A DNA stretch of 10,341 nt from Candidatus Micrarchaeota archaeon. GTDB taxonomy: Archaea; Micrarchaeota; Micrarchaeia; Norongarragalinales; SBBD01. This document shows positions 1-6,913 of the stretch, piece by piece. Location of the stretch: positions 1 to 10,341 of the forward strand of contig JBBSVW010000017.1 of NCBI GenBank assembly GCA_038046605.1, written 5' to 3'. Positions within the stretch are counted from its first letter, which is position 1. Each line of letters begins with the position of its first letter. The notes below the pieces were generated by a model. It saw nothing but the letters and a program-made list of their open reading frames with translations. It ran no database searches and was not told the DNA's origin. A program made the position numbers and the translations under genes.

Positions 1-62
1 CCACAATGTCAGGACGCTGGCAAAAAGCGTTTTGAATCAGTTATGGGACGCTCTCGCCGAAC

Positions 63-91
63 TGTCGTGCACGAAAACCCTTACACACTTT
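63..91 (+). repeat. Terminal inverted repeat of the IS481-family element, downstream of the transposase
   Basis: 16-bp perfect match, 3 mismatches, then a 10-bp perfect match to the reverse complement of 943-971. The transposase stop codon (92-94) abuts it. Confidence 0.92.
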
Positions 92-916
92 TCATAACTT
101 AAATGCGAAGTACCTTTCAAAAGGCTTCGCATAGCCGATTCCGCCGTGCGGGCGGCAGAAATTGTAGTGATAAGCGTATTCCGATAGCCCCCTGAAATGG
201 GGGCTTTCCTCCTTGTAGGAACCAAACCAGCGCTCCATCTTGCCGTTGGTTTGAGGGCGCTTCACGCCCGCTAGGATATGCTCGGTGCCGAGCACTTCAA
301 GGATCTCTCCGAAGGCATTGCGCTGCTTTCGGGTGTTGTTCCAAAACTGCACTCCGTGGTCGGTCATCAGCTGGAAGGGAGTGCCGTGCATCCTGAATGC
401 ACGGCGGACAACAAACAGCGCATTCTCTGTTGAGGCTTCCTCGAACTCCATCGCATCAACCAGGTAGCGCGAATAATCATCCAGCAGCGCAAACAGCCAG
501 CTGCCGTCGTCCAGCAGGGAGAAATCGCATTGCCATAAGTGGTTTGGCAGCGGCCGCTCAAAGTGCCTGAAGGTGCGCTTCTTCCTGAAAGGCGCGGGGC
601 GCAGGAGCCCTGCCAAGGATTGCCTTATCGCATGATAACTAACCTTCCTTCCAAGCTCTTCATGGATGCGCTTCTCGCAGTACCCAAATTGATTGCGGAT
701 TGAAAGCACTTCCGTGCTGATTTCAATCGGAACCTGCTTTCTCGGACGACCTCCGGGGTCGTCCTTGAGCAATCCTTCCAAGCCGCTTTGCTGAAATCTC
801 TCAAGCCAGTTGTAGCCCGTTTTCCTGCAGATGCGCAGCAAGCCGCAGAGCCGAGTCATCGGCTCGGCCTCCAAATGTCTCACGAAGTAGCGTTTCTTGT
901 TTTCCAGTTTGTCCAC
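92..916 (-). CDS. IS481-family transposase (HTH + integrase core/rve DDE domain), 274 aa
   Basis: N-terminal HTH (LCGLLRICRKTGYNWLERF) and a GRPRK linker. Integrase-core motifs: RHFERPLPNHLWQCD (D1), ALLDDYSRY, LMTDHGVQF (D2), RPQTNGKMER (E) and YNFCRPHGGIG. GTG start preceded by a GGTGG SD-like sequence. Lies within the TIRs. Confidence 0.93.
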   Translation of the reverse strand: MDKLENKKRYFVRHLEAEPMTRLCGLLRICRKTGYNWLERFQQSGLEGLLKDDPGGRPRKQVPIEISTEVLSIRNQFGYCEKRIHEELGRKVSYHAIRQSLAGLLRPAPFRKKRTFRHFERPLPNHLWQCDFSLLDDGSWLFALLDDYSRYLVDAMEFEEASTENALFVVRRAFRMHGTPFQLMTDHGVQFWNNTRKQRNAFGEILEVLGTEHILAGVKRPQTNGKMERWFGSYKEESPHFRGLSEYAYHYNFCRPHGGIGYAKPFERYFAFKL

Positions 917-942
917 TTTCCACCACCCGAAGCGTTATGTGG

Positions 943-971
943 AAAGTGTGTATTAGTTTTCGTGCACGACA
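943..971 (-). repeat. Terminal inverted repeat of the IS481-family element, upstream of the transposase
   Basis: Reverse-complement partner of 63-91. Ends in ACA on the + strand. Confidence 0.92.
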
Positions 972-993
972 CCTGATGCTCGCGTTCTAACGA

Positions 994-1001
994 TTTATAT
1001 A
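994..1001. promoter_or_regulatory. Consensus archaeal TATA box (TTTATATA; TATATAAA on the minus strand)
   Basis: Exact match to the archaeal TATA consensus in the IS-tadB intergenic region. Its orientation cannot be determined from sequence. Confidence 0.45.
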
Positions 1002-1140
1002 CCCCAAATGATTTCCATATATGAGAGCTAAATTGATGGGCAAAATGGAAATTTACATTGGCTTGGTATTGGGAGGTTTGCAAGAGCCGGCCCCCTTAAT
1101 ACATATCCAAAATCAGTTTGAAACAATTAGGTAATTCCAA

Positions 1141-2286
1141 ATGGCGCAGGAGGAAAAGGAAACAAGGTTTACGAACCTGCGGGACCAGATCGAAAAGCGC
1201 GAGGACGCCCCTGCAAGCTCCCAGGCCGATGTAAAGGAGCACGATGTCAATGAGATAATACGAAGGCTTAGGGAAAAGGAGGATAGGCCAATCATCACAA
1301 ATGTCAATGAGAAAATTGTCAACATCAAGGAGCGGGTTGAAGGGTCGGGGGGATCCATCAGGTTTGGGATGCGCGATTTTTCTGCGTTTTCCAGTTCGAT
1401 TACGGGAGCGTCCGCAAAAGGGCTTTCATTCATCGGAGGGGCATATAATGCCTTCCGGGGGCCCCTAACCAAGCTCACAAACCTTGTTGCCAACATCCCG
1501 CTTTCTCAGGGGCTTAAGGAAAACCTTGATTCGGCAGGGATGGCTTGGGCGCCAGAGGAGTACCTGGTCATCCTCTCGGTAATGTCCGCAATTGCCTTCG
1601 CCGCCGTCCTATTCGTATTCGGGGGGGTATCCATTGGCCTATCCGACATATCACTATCCGTAATGGCGCCCTTTGTTGCCATATCAGCCGCAGTCCTTGT
1701 GATCATCGTTGGGCTAATCTACCCTTCGGCAGTTGCAAATGAAAGGGCAACCAAGCTAAACCGCGAACTTCCCTTTGCACTTCGCCAATTGGCAACACAG
1801 GTGAAGGCGGGGGTTAGTTTCCATAAGGCAATGAGCTCGATTGTCAATTCGAAATACGGCGCCCTTAGCGATGAATTTCGAAGGGTACTGCAGGATATTG
1901 AACGGGGTTCGTCGACCGAACAGGCGCTTTTGAAGCTTGCAGCCAAAACCAAAAGCCGTGGATTGAAGAAGGCAATTGTGCAAATCCTTCGCGCGCTTAA
2001 AAGCGGAGGGAACCTTTCGGAAACAATCACCGCCATTGCGGATGATGTCTCATTCGAGCTTCGGATGAAGGTTAGGGACTTTACGGAAAAGCTCAATTTC
2101 ATTTCAGTCATTTACATCATGATAGGAGTCGTGGGACCGGTCGTAATGGTCATCCTTAGCGCAATTGCACAGTTGCCCCTTCTTGGCGCGAATTTCCCTT
2201 TTGAATACATTGTTATTGCATTTACGGGCATCACCGGAGTAATGGTGATGCTTTTATTCATGATAAAGCGGATGGAGCCGGCATAA
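1141..2286 (+). CDS. Type II secretion system F family / TadB-TadC-like (archaeal PilC/FlaJ-like) pilus assembly platform protein, 381 aa
   Basis: Contains LDSAGM...PEEY followed by two TM helices, the T2SSF core (LNRELPFALRQLATQVKAGVSFHKAM...YGALSDEFRRVLQDIERGSSTEQAL...LKSGGNLSETITAIADD) and C-terminal TM helices. SD-like AGGTAAT lies just upstream of the ATG. Confidence 0.9.
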   Translation: MAQEEKETRFTNLRDQIEKREDAPASSQADVKEHDVNEIIRRLREKEDRPIITNVNEKIVNIKERVEGSGGSIRFGMRDFSAFSSSITGASAKGLSFIGGAYNAFRGPLTKLTNLVANIPLSQGLKENLDSAGMAWAPEEYLVILSVMSAIAFAAVLFVFGGVSIGLSDISLSVMAPFVAISAAVLVIIVGLIYPSAVANERATKLNRELPFALRQLATQVKAGVSFHKAMSSIVNSKYGALSDEFRRVLQDIERGSSTEQALLKLAAKTKSRGLKKAIVQILRALKSGGNLSETITAIADDVSFELRMKVRDFTEKLNFISVIYIMIGVVGPVVMVILSAIAQLPLLGANFPFEYIVIAFTGITGVMVMLLFMIKRMEPA

Positions 2287-2307
2287 AAAATCCAAGTGAC
2301 AAAACAA

Positions 2308-3204
2308 ATGGCAGCCCAATCACAATATGATAAATTGCGCAGGTACTACGATGCAACGGGGCTAAAGCTTTCGTTCCCCGCGTTCATAGCGGTAATTTTC
2401 ATCCTTTCCGTGACGGTTTCTGGGATGCTGTTCGTATTCTTTGCGGAAATGCTAACGGTCTTCATCGGCTTTATTGCAATACTTTCACTTGCAGTTGTTG
2501 TCCCAATAAGCATCCGAAGCGGCCGCATCGAGAACATCGAATCAAACCTTCCCGATGCACTGAAGCATATGGCAGCAATCCTTCGGGCCGGGGGGACTAC
2601 TGAAGATGCCCTCGAAGAGGTTGGGAATTCGGATTACGGCCCATTAAGCAGCGATATCCGGCAGGGGCTTTTGGCATTGAAGGAAGGAAAGCCCTTTGAT
2701 GAGGTGCTCCAGAATATTGCAATCCAAACGGGAAGCGCGCTCTTTAGGCGGACATCAACAATTATCGTGGATGCAAAGCGCGCAGGGGCTGGCCTTGCGG
2801 ATGTTATGGACGCAATTGCGGATGATGCCAGGGACATGATCCGCATCCAACGTGAGCGCGCCTCGAGGACGACCATGCCGGTCATGTTCCTATACGTTTC
2901 CTCGCTTGCACTTGCCCCATTCATCTTTGGCTTTACCCTTACGATTGTTTGCTTTATTGGAAGCGGCATGACAAGCGCCCTTGGGGGTTCGGCGTTATCA
3001 ATTACGCCCCTAAAAACGCTTGTTATATTATTCATCGTCATCCAGGCGGTGATTGCAACGCTTGCAATTGGCATCATTAAGGAGGGAAGGCCGGTAAAAT
3101 ACCTGCCAAGGGTGCCGTTCATGATACTTATTGCGCTAATAGTGTTCAATGTGGGAGGCATACTTGGAAACATTTTGATTGGGAACACCGCTACTTGCGC
3201 ATGA
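2308..3204 (+). CDS. Second T2SS-F family / TadC-like pilus assembly platform protein (~298 aa; alternative GTG start at 2296)
   Basis: T2SSF core IESNLPDALKHMAAILRAGGTTEDAL...YGPLSSDI...GKPFDEVL...AGAGLADVMDAIADD, with N- and C-terminal TM helices. Follows the first paralog with a short gap, suggesting an operon. GTGA 8 nt before ATG 2308 looks like an SD. Confidence 0.9.
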   Translation: MAAQSQYDKLRRYYDATGLKLSFPAFIAVIFILSVTVSGMLFVFFAEMLTVFIGFIAILSLAVVVPISIRSGRIENIESNLPDALKHMAAILRAGGTTEDALEEVGNSDYGPLSSDIRQGLLALKEGKPFDEVLQNIAIQTGSALFRRTSTIIVDAKRAGAGLADVMDAIADDARDMIRIQRERASRTTMPVMFLYVSSLALAPFIFGFTLTIVCFIGSGMTSALGGSALSITPLKTLVILFIVIQAVIATLAIGIIKEGRPVKYLPRVPFMILIALIVFNVGGILGNILIGNTATCA

Positions 3205-3367
3205 GATAAAAAGGGCGCGGCGGGTTAGGGGGCTACGGATCATTTGCGGGATCGGGGATGAATGATAGGCAAACGCGGGATGGATGAGGCAAATATGCAC
3301 TGCCGGAAATATTCATGCAAAATATATCTAAATTTCCATGCGAATTCAAAATGGGCGATAGGCAAAT

Positions 3368-3383
3368 GAAAACGGTTATAAAT
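3368..3383 (+). promoter_or_regulatory. Putative BRE + TATA box (GAAAACGG-TTATAAAT) for a leaderless pilin transcript
   Basis: TTATAAAT at 3376-3383 begins 29 nt upstream of ATG 3405 and is preceded by a purine-rich BRE-like element. Confidence 0.55.
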
Positions 3384-3404
3384 CAGGGAAAAGTTAATGC
3401 ACCC

Positions 3405-3524
3405 ATGGGAAAAAAGAGCGGGGCGCGCGCCCAGACGGCAATCGAATACCTCCTGCTTGTTGGCACCGCCGTAGTTTTCGTCACCATTGTCGCCTACTTC
3501 ATCAAGACGGCGCTCAACAAATAG
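3405..3524 (+). CDS. Class III signal peptide-containing minimal archaeal type IV (Flp-sized) prepilin, 39 aa
   Basis: MGKKSGARA|QTAIEYLLLVGTAVVFVTIVAYFIKTALNK: basic leader, [KR][GA] cleavage site, Q+1, E+5 and a ~20-aa hydrophobic helix. Sits downstream of the T2SSF genes. ATG 3405 is preferred over 3315/3366 because of TATA spacing and leader length. Confidence 0.85.
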   Translation: MGKKSGARAQTAIEYLLLVGTAVVFVTIVAYFIKTALNK

Positions 3525-3997
3525 GCCTGAACCTCCTCAATCTTCAGCCGGTACTTTGGAGCCGGTGATTGGGAGGGCGCATGCTTGAATGGAACCTGGA
3601 ATTCGAGACCGGGCCTCCCGCCTTCAATTGTATTCAATTTCGCAAACGAATATCCCGATCCAATATGTTTTACCATTTCGTTTAATGCGCTTGCTGGATC
3701 GTAGCCTTGTGGAATAAGTCGCGAAACCGCTACATTCTCGGTCTTGTATTTTGGAAAAAAACTAATCTGGTAGTCCCCTTTCCTATAGGATATTTCATCC
3801 TCGGTTTCATGATTAACCTTGAACTCCCATTTTTCGATTAGGCTTTTGATAGCGGAATGATCGGCCCGAAAACCAATCACAAGCTGGCTGTTAGGATGAG
3901 TTGAGACCGCAAGAACGAAATTGCCCTTTGGAATCCTTTTCTCGACAATTTCCAGGAAATATTGCTTAAGCCCTTCCATAAAATTATTTGCCAACAT
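3494..3997 (-). CDS. Hypothetical soluble protein (167 aa; start may be ATG 3979)
   Basis: Only substantial ORF between the pilin and dnaJ, with globular-like composition. CTTAAAAA on the minus strand (4009-4002) lies 30 nt before ATG 3979. No recognisable motif. Overlaps the pilin 3' end by 31 nt. Confidence 0.65.
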   Translation of the reverse strand: MLANNFMEGLKQYFLEIVEKRIPKGNFVLAVSTHPNSQLVIGFRADHSAIKSLIEKWEFKVNHETEDEISYRKGDYQISFFPKYKTENVAVSRLIPQGYDPASALNEMVKHIGSGYSFAKLNTIEGGRPGLEFQVPFKHAPSQSPAPKYRLKIEEVQAYLLSAVLMK

Positions 3998-4068
3998 GGG
4001 ATTTTTAAGGCATCGGTTACAGGACTGGCCCAGCCATTTACTGGCAGAAATAGGCGGCTTAAAATAAA

Positions 4069-4083
4069 GGAAACGCTTTTATC
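4069..4083 (+). promoter_or_regulatory. Putative BRE-TATA for dnaJ (GGAAACG-CTTTTATC)
   Basis: Purine-rich BRE-like element followed by CTTTTAT, about 40-45 nt upstream of the dnaJ ATG. Confidence 0.4.
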
Positions 4084-4121
4084 CTTCCCTGCCGGTATTT
4101 TTTCTGCTAGTTAAGATAATT

Positions 4122-5240
4122 ATGCCCAAGGACTATTACCAGATTTTAGGCGTGCCACGGGATGCATCCAAGGAGCAAATAAAGGATGCCTACAGGAAGC
4201 TTGCGCTCGAATGGCACCCCGATAGGAACAAGAGCGCTGGGGCGGAGGATCGCTTCAAGCAGATTTCCGAGGCGTACGCGGTCTTGTCGGATGGGCAAAA
4301 GCGCTCGCAATTTGACCAATTCGGCTCTGATGATTTCTCAAGGAGGTATTCGCAGCAGGATATTTTCAGGGGCGCGGATTTTTCGCAGATCTTCCAGAAC
4401 ATGGGCTTTGGGGGGCCTCTTTTCGGGGATGATTTCGAAAATCTTTTCGGGCAGATGATGTCCGGGGGCCGCGGCAGGGCAAGGGCGCATGGGGAGGATT
4501 TGCAGATGCAGCTAGAGGTCACATTGGAGGAAGCGGCAATGGGAATTGATCGGGAAATTGCAATACCAAGGAGGATGAAGTGCAGTTCTTGCAATGGCAC
4601 GGGCAGCAAGGATGGGAAAAAAGCCACCTGCAGCGCATGCAAGGGCGTTGGCCAGGTGAAGAGCGCAAGGCAAATGGGCTATTCTTCATTTATTACAATC
4701 ATGCCCTGCAGGCAATGCGGGGGGGAGGGCAGCGTGATTGCCACCCCTTGCGCGGAATGCAAAGGAAGCGGGGCAATCAAAAAGGAGGATGCATTCAAGG
4801 TGAAGATTCCAAAAGGGATTTACGATGGCTTTGCCCTGCGCATCCGCGGGAAGGGCAATAGCCGGGCAGGCCATGAGGGCGATTTGTATATTATGATCTC
4901 CATTGCAAAGCATGAATTTTTCGAAAGGGATATCGCGGATATACATATGGAGGCGAAAATACCCTTTTCAATTGCGGCAATTGGGGGCGAAATGGAAGTC
5001 CCCACGCTTTGGGGGGATGTGAAATTAAAAATCCCGCCGGGGACACAAGCCGGGAAAATTTTTAGGCTGCATGGGAAGGGGATGTTTGATTTGCGCGTCG
5101 GGGGAATTGGCGATGAATACGTGAAGATTGCAATCCATGTGCCGCAAAAGCTGACCAAAAAGCAGCATGAACTGCTCGAGGAATTCACCCGGGAGGAGGA
5201 AAGGGGGGGGAAGGGCTTTTTTGGCAAATTCTTCCATTAA
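4122..5240 (+). CDS. dnaJ: Molecular chaperone DnaJ (class A Hsp40), 372 aa
   Basis: J domain KDYYQILGV...WHPDRN...FKQISEAYAVLSD, a G/F-rich region with DIF, four CxxCxGxG zinc-finger repeats (CSSCNGTG, CSACKGVG, CRQCGGEG, CAECKGSG) and a C-terminal domain (GDLYI, EVPTLWG, IPPGTQ). Confidence 0.97.
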   Translation: MPKDYYQILGVPRDASKEQIKDAYRKLALEWHPDRNKSAGAEDRFKQISEAYAVLSDGQKRSQFDQFGSDDFSRRYSQQDIFRGADFSQIFQNMGFGGPLFGDDFENLFGQMMSGGRGRARAHGEDLQMQLEVTLEEAAMGIDREIAIPRRMKCSSCNGTGSKDGKKATCSACKGVGQVKSARQMGYSSFITIMPCRQCGGEGSVIATPCAECKGSGAIKKEDAFKVKIPKGIYDGFALRIRGKGNSRAGHEGDLYIMISIAKHEFFERDIADIHMEAKIPFSIAAIGGEMEVPTLWGDVKLKIPPGTQAGKIFRLHGKGMFDLRVGGIGDEYVKIAIHVPQKLTKKQHELLEEFTREEERGGKGFFGKFFH

Positions 5241-5248
5241 TAAAAAAA
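5241..5248 (-). terminator. Oligo-T archaeal terminator candidate for the minus-strand 5249-6913 gene
   Basis: TAAAAAAA on + reads TTTTTTTA on the minus strand, immediately after the TGA at 5249-5251, in the 8-nt gap between convergent genes. Confidence 0.4.
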
Positions 5249-6913
5249 TCAGCGTTTCTTTTTCTTTGCATTTTGCTTTGCAGCCCCCACATGCTTAGCG
5301 CTATTGGATTTTGGAACTTTGCTTTTTTGATGGGCTGCAGGATTAATTCTTGCCAAAGGAGAGATGGGCATTTCCATGCGGCTTTTTGCATGGCGCGCAC
5401 CGTTTTCAAGCGACTTTGCTTTTGAATCTTCCGCTTTTGAAAGCGATTTTAAGGCCGATTTCATCTCTGAGAGCTTACTATGGAGCCTGGCAAGCTTTGC
5501 TTCGGTTGTAAGTTTCCTTACTATTTCGCTTTTGGTTTTTGCCAGGCGGTCATTTCCCGGGGTATAAAGCTGCGAGGCCGAATTGAGGGTGCCAACTGAT
5601 TGGTGATGCGAATACCTCGGGGAGGCTGCCATTTGGGGAAGCGGGGAAGGATTTGCGCCCGGGGAGGCCTGATTGTAATCATATACGCCAAATCTTGGGA
5701 GCTGGGAAGATGATGTGAAATTTTGCTTGGAGGCCCCACTTGGAGCATTTCCCGTCATTTGCGCCCTTGCAGGCGCATTTTTGTTCATGCGGACAATTGA
5801 GGAAATCTTGGATTTGAGGTCCATTGATCCGCCTTGTTCGGAGTTGGATTCCTCCGGCCCGTCATCCATGAGCGTTAGCTTTTCTTCGAACTGTGAAATC
5901 TCATTTTCAAGTGATGCGCCTTGCGGGCCGGGCTGCGATTTGGGAATTGTTTGCCCGGCTGATTTTTTTTGATTTTGGGAAGGTGAATTTCCTGCGGCGG
6001 TTTTTGGGAAGGGGTTTTTTTGTGCAACTTCTTCATAAGGCAAATCAGGGCTGCTTTCGAGATCGTTTTTAGAGGAATAGCTCTCAATCACCTGCGCGCT
6101 ATCGGCATTTTCCGCCCTTTCCTCAAGAATTGCAATGGAGGGCTTGTTTTTCCTAAAGGGCTCGGGAAGGTACCTATCGGTTGCGGACCTGATCCTGCCA
6201 AGGATGCTTGGCTTTTTGGAACTTGCCGGATTGCCGTAGGGGGATGATGCCTGCGGGGCAATTTGGAAATCCGCGGATGCGGAATTTATCCTTGCATCAC
6301 CTTCGGATGGCGGCAAATCCAGATTTGGCCTTGCGCTCATCGCATATTGCGATGATTGGGATATTATCTTTACATTAGGTTCTGCCTGCTCGTTTTGGGA
6401 ATTTGCGCCCCATCTGGGCTTCCCTTGATCACTCCCCGAATATGCCCACATATCCCTTCCGGAGGAAAAATCACCATGTTCGCTTAGCCTTCCCTTCATT
6501 TTCATGGATTCAAAGGGTGAAAATTTCTTGCTGACCATGTCCTTGATGGACTTTTGCCTTGAGCGCAATTGCTTAAGGGCGGAATTGAGGCCCTTCCTTT
6601 CGGATTCGATTTCTATTTCCTCATCCTTGAGCATGGATAGGTTTTGCTTGTGGCGCGTTTGCCTATCCTCAAGCTCGGATAGGGCGCTAAGGATCAGGGC
6701 CTGCTCTTCCATAAGCGTTTGCATGCCCTGCTCGAGCGAGGAGCGCTGCGTATCGAGCCTGTCGAGCTCGCCCTCGACCTCCTCCCTGATGCGCTCGATA
6801 TCCGTATCCACCTGCAATGTCTTGCGCCGTATAGCAAGCACTGCCTTTTCGGCAACTTTTTCCTCTAAGTCAATTTCCTGCAATCCCTTGAGCCGCGGCC
6901 TTGGAATTTCCAT
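5249..6913 (-). CDS. Hypothetical coiled-coil / intrinsically disordered protein (~554 aa from MEIPRP)
   Basis: Long ORF with an N-terminal ~120-aa heptad-rich segment, an S/P/Q/N-rich disordered middle, a basic C-terminal helix and a KKKKR tail. ATG 6913 is preceded by a GGGGTTTGAT SD-like sequence. The 25 extra codons from 6988 lie in AT-rich intergenic-like DNA. Confidence 0.8.
   Translation of the reverse strand: MEIPRPRLKGLQEIDLEEKVAEKAVLAIRRKTLQVDTDIERIREEVEGELDRLDTQRSSLEQGMQTLMEEQALILSALSELEDRQTRHKQNLSMLKDEEIEIESERKGLNSALKQLRSRQKSIKDMVSKKFSPFESMKMKGRLSEHGDFSSGRDMWAYSGSDQGKPRWGANSQNEQAEPNVKIISQSSQYAMSARPNLDLPPSEGDARINSASADFQIAPQASSPYGNPASSKKPSILGRIRSATDRYLPEPFRKNKPSIAILEERAENADSAQVIESYSSKNDLESSPDLPYEEVAQKNPFPKTAAGNSPSQNQKKSAGQTIPKSQPGPQGASLENEISQFEEKLTLMDDGPEESNSEQGGSMDLKSKISSIVRMNKNAPARAQMTGNAPSGASKQNFTSSSQLPRFGVYDYNQASPGANPSPLPQMAASPRYSHHQSVGTLNSASQLYTPGNDRLAKTKSEIVRKLTTEAKLARLHSKLSEMKSALKSLSKAEDSKAKSLENGARHAKSRMEMPISPLARINPAAHQKSKVPKSNSAKHVGAAKQNAKKKKR

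Larger units (their letters stand above)
63..971 (-). mobile_element. IS481-family insertion sequence, apparently complete (909 bp)
   Basis: Ends are 5'-TGT...ACA-3', typical of IS481. The left end TGTCGTGCACGAAAACCCTTACACACTTT (63-91) matches the reverse complement of 943-971 (TGTCGTGCACGAAAACTAATACACACTTT) at 26/29. It encloses a single HTH + rve/DDE transposase ORF. Confidence 0.92.

Noticed and set aside
880-1083. 67-aa minus-strand ORF as a possible frameshifted transposase N-terminus (IS3-like orfA)
   Set aside because: It begins outside the element and crosses the TIR. The transposase already has its own HTH, start codon and SD.
1113-3188. Minus-strand ORFs 1113-1496, 1719-2111, 2634-3188 and smaller ones
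   Set aside because: They lie antisense to well-supported T2SSF genes and have no motifs.
3213-3257. G-tract cluster (includes GGGTTAGGG) as a G-quadruplex or ncRNA
   Set aside because: One loop is 15 nt, no complementary stems or tRNA-like fold are evident, and G runs are common throughout the window.
3315-3404. Longer 69-aa version of the pilin
   Set aside because: The extension contains the TATA/BRE and would give an atypically long class III leader.
4186-5409. Overlapping ORFs within dnaJ (4190-4642, 4820-5227, 4580-4861 and others)
   Set aside because: Alternate-frame or antisense shadows of a clear dnaJ.
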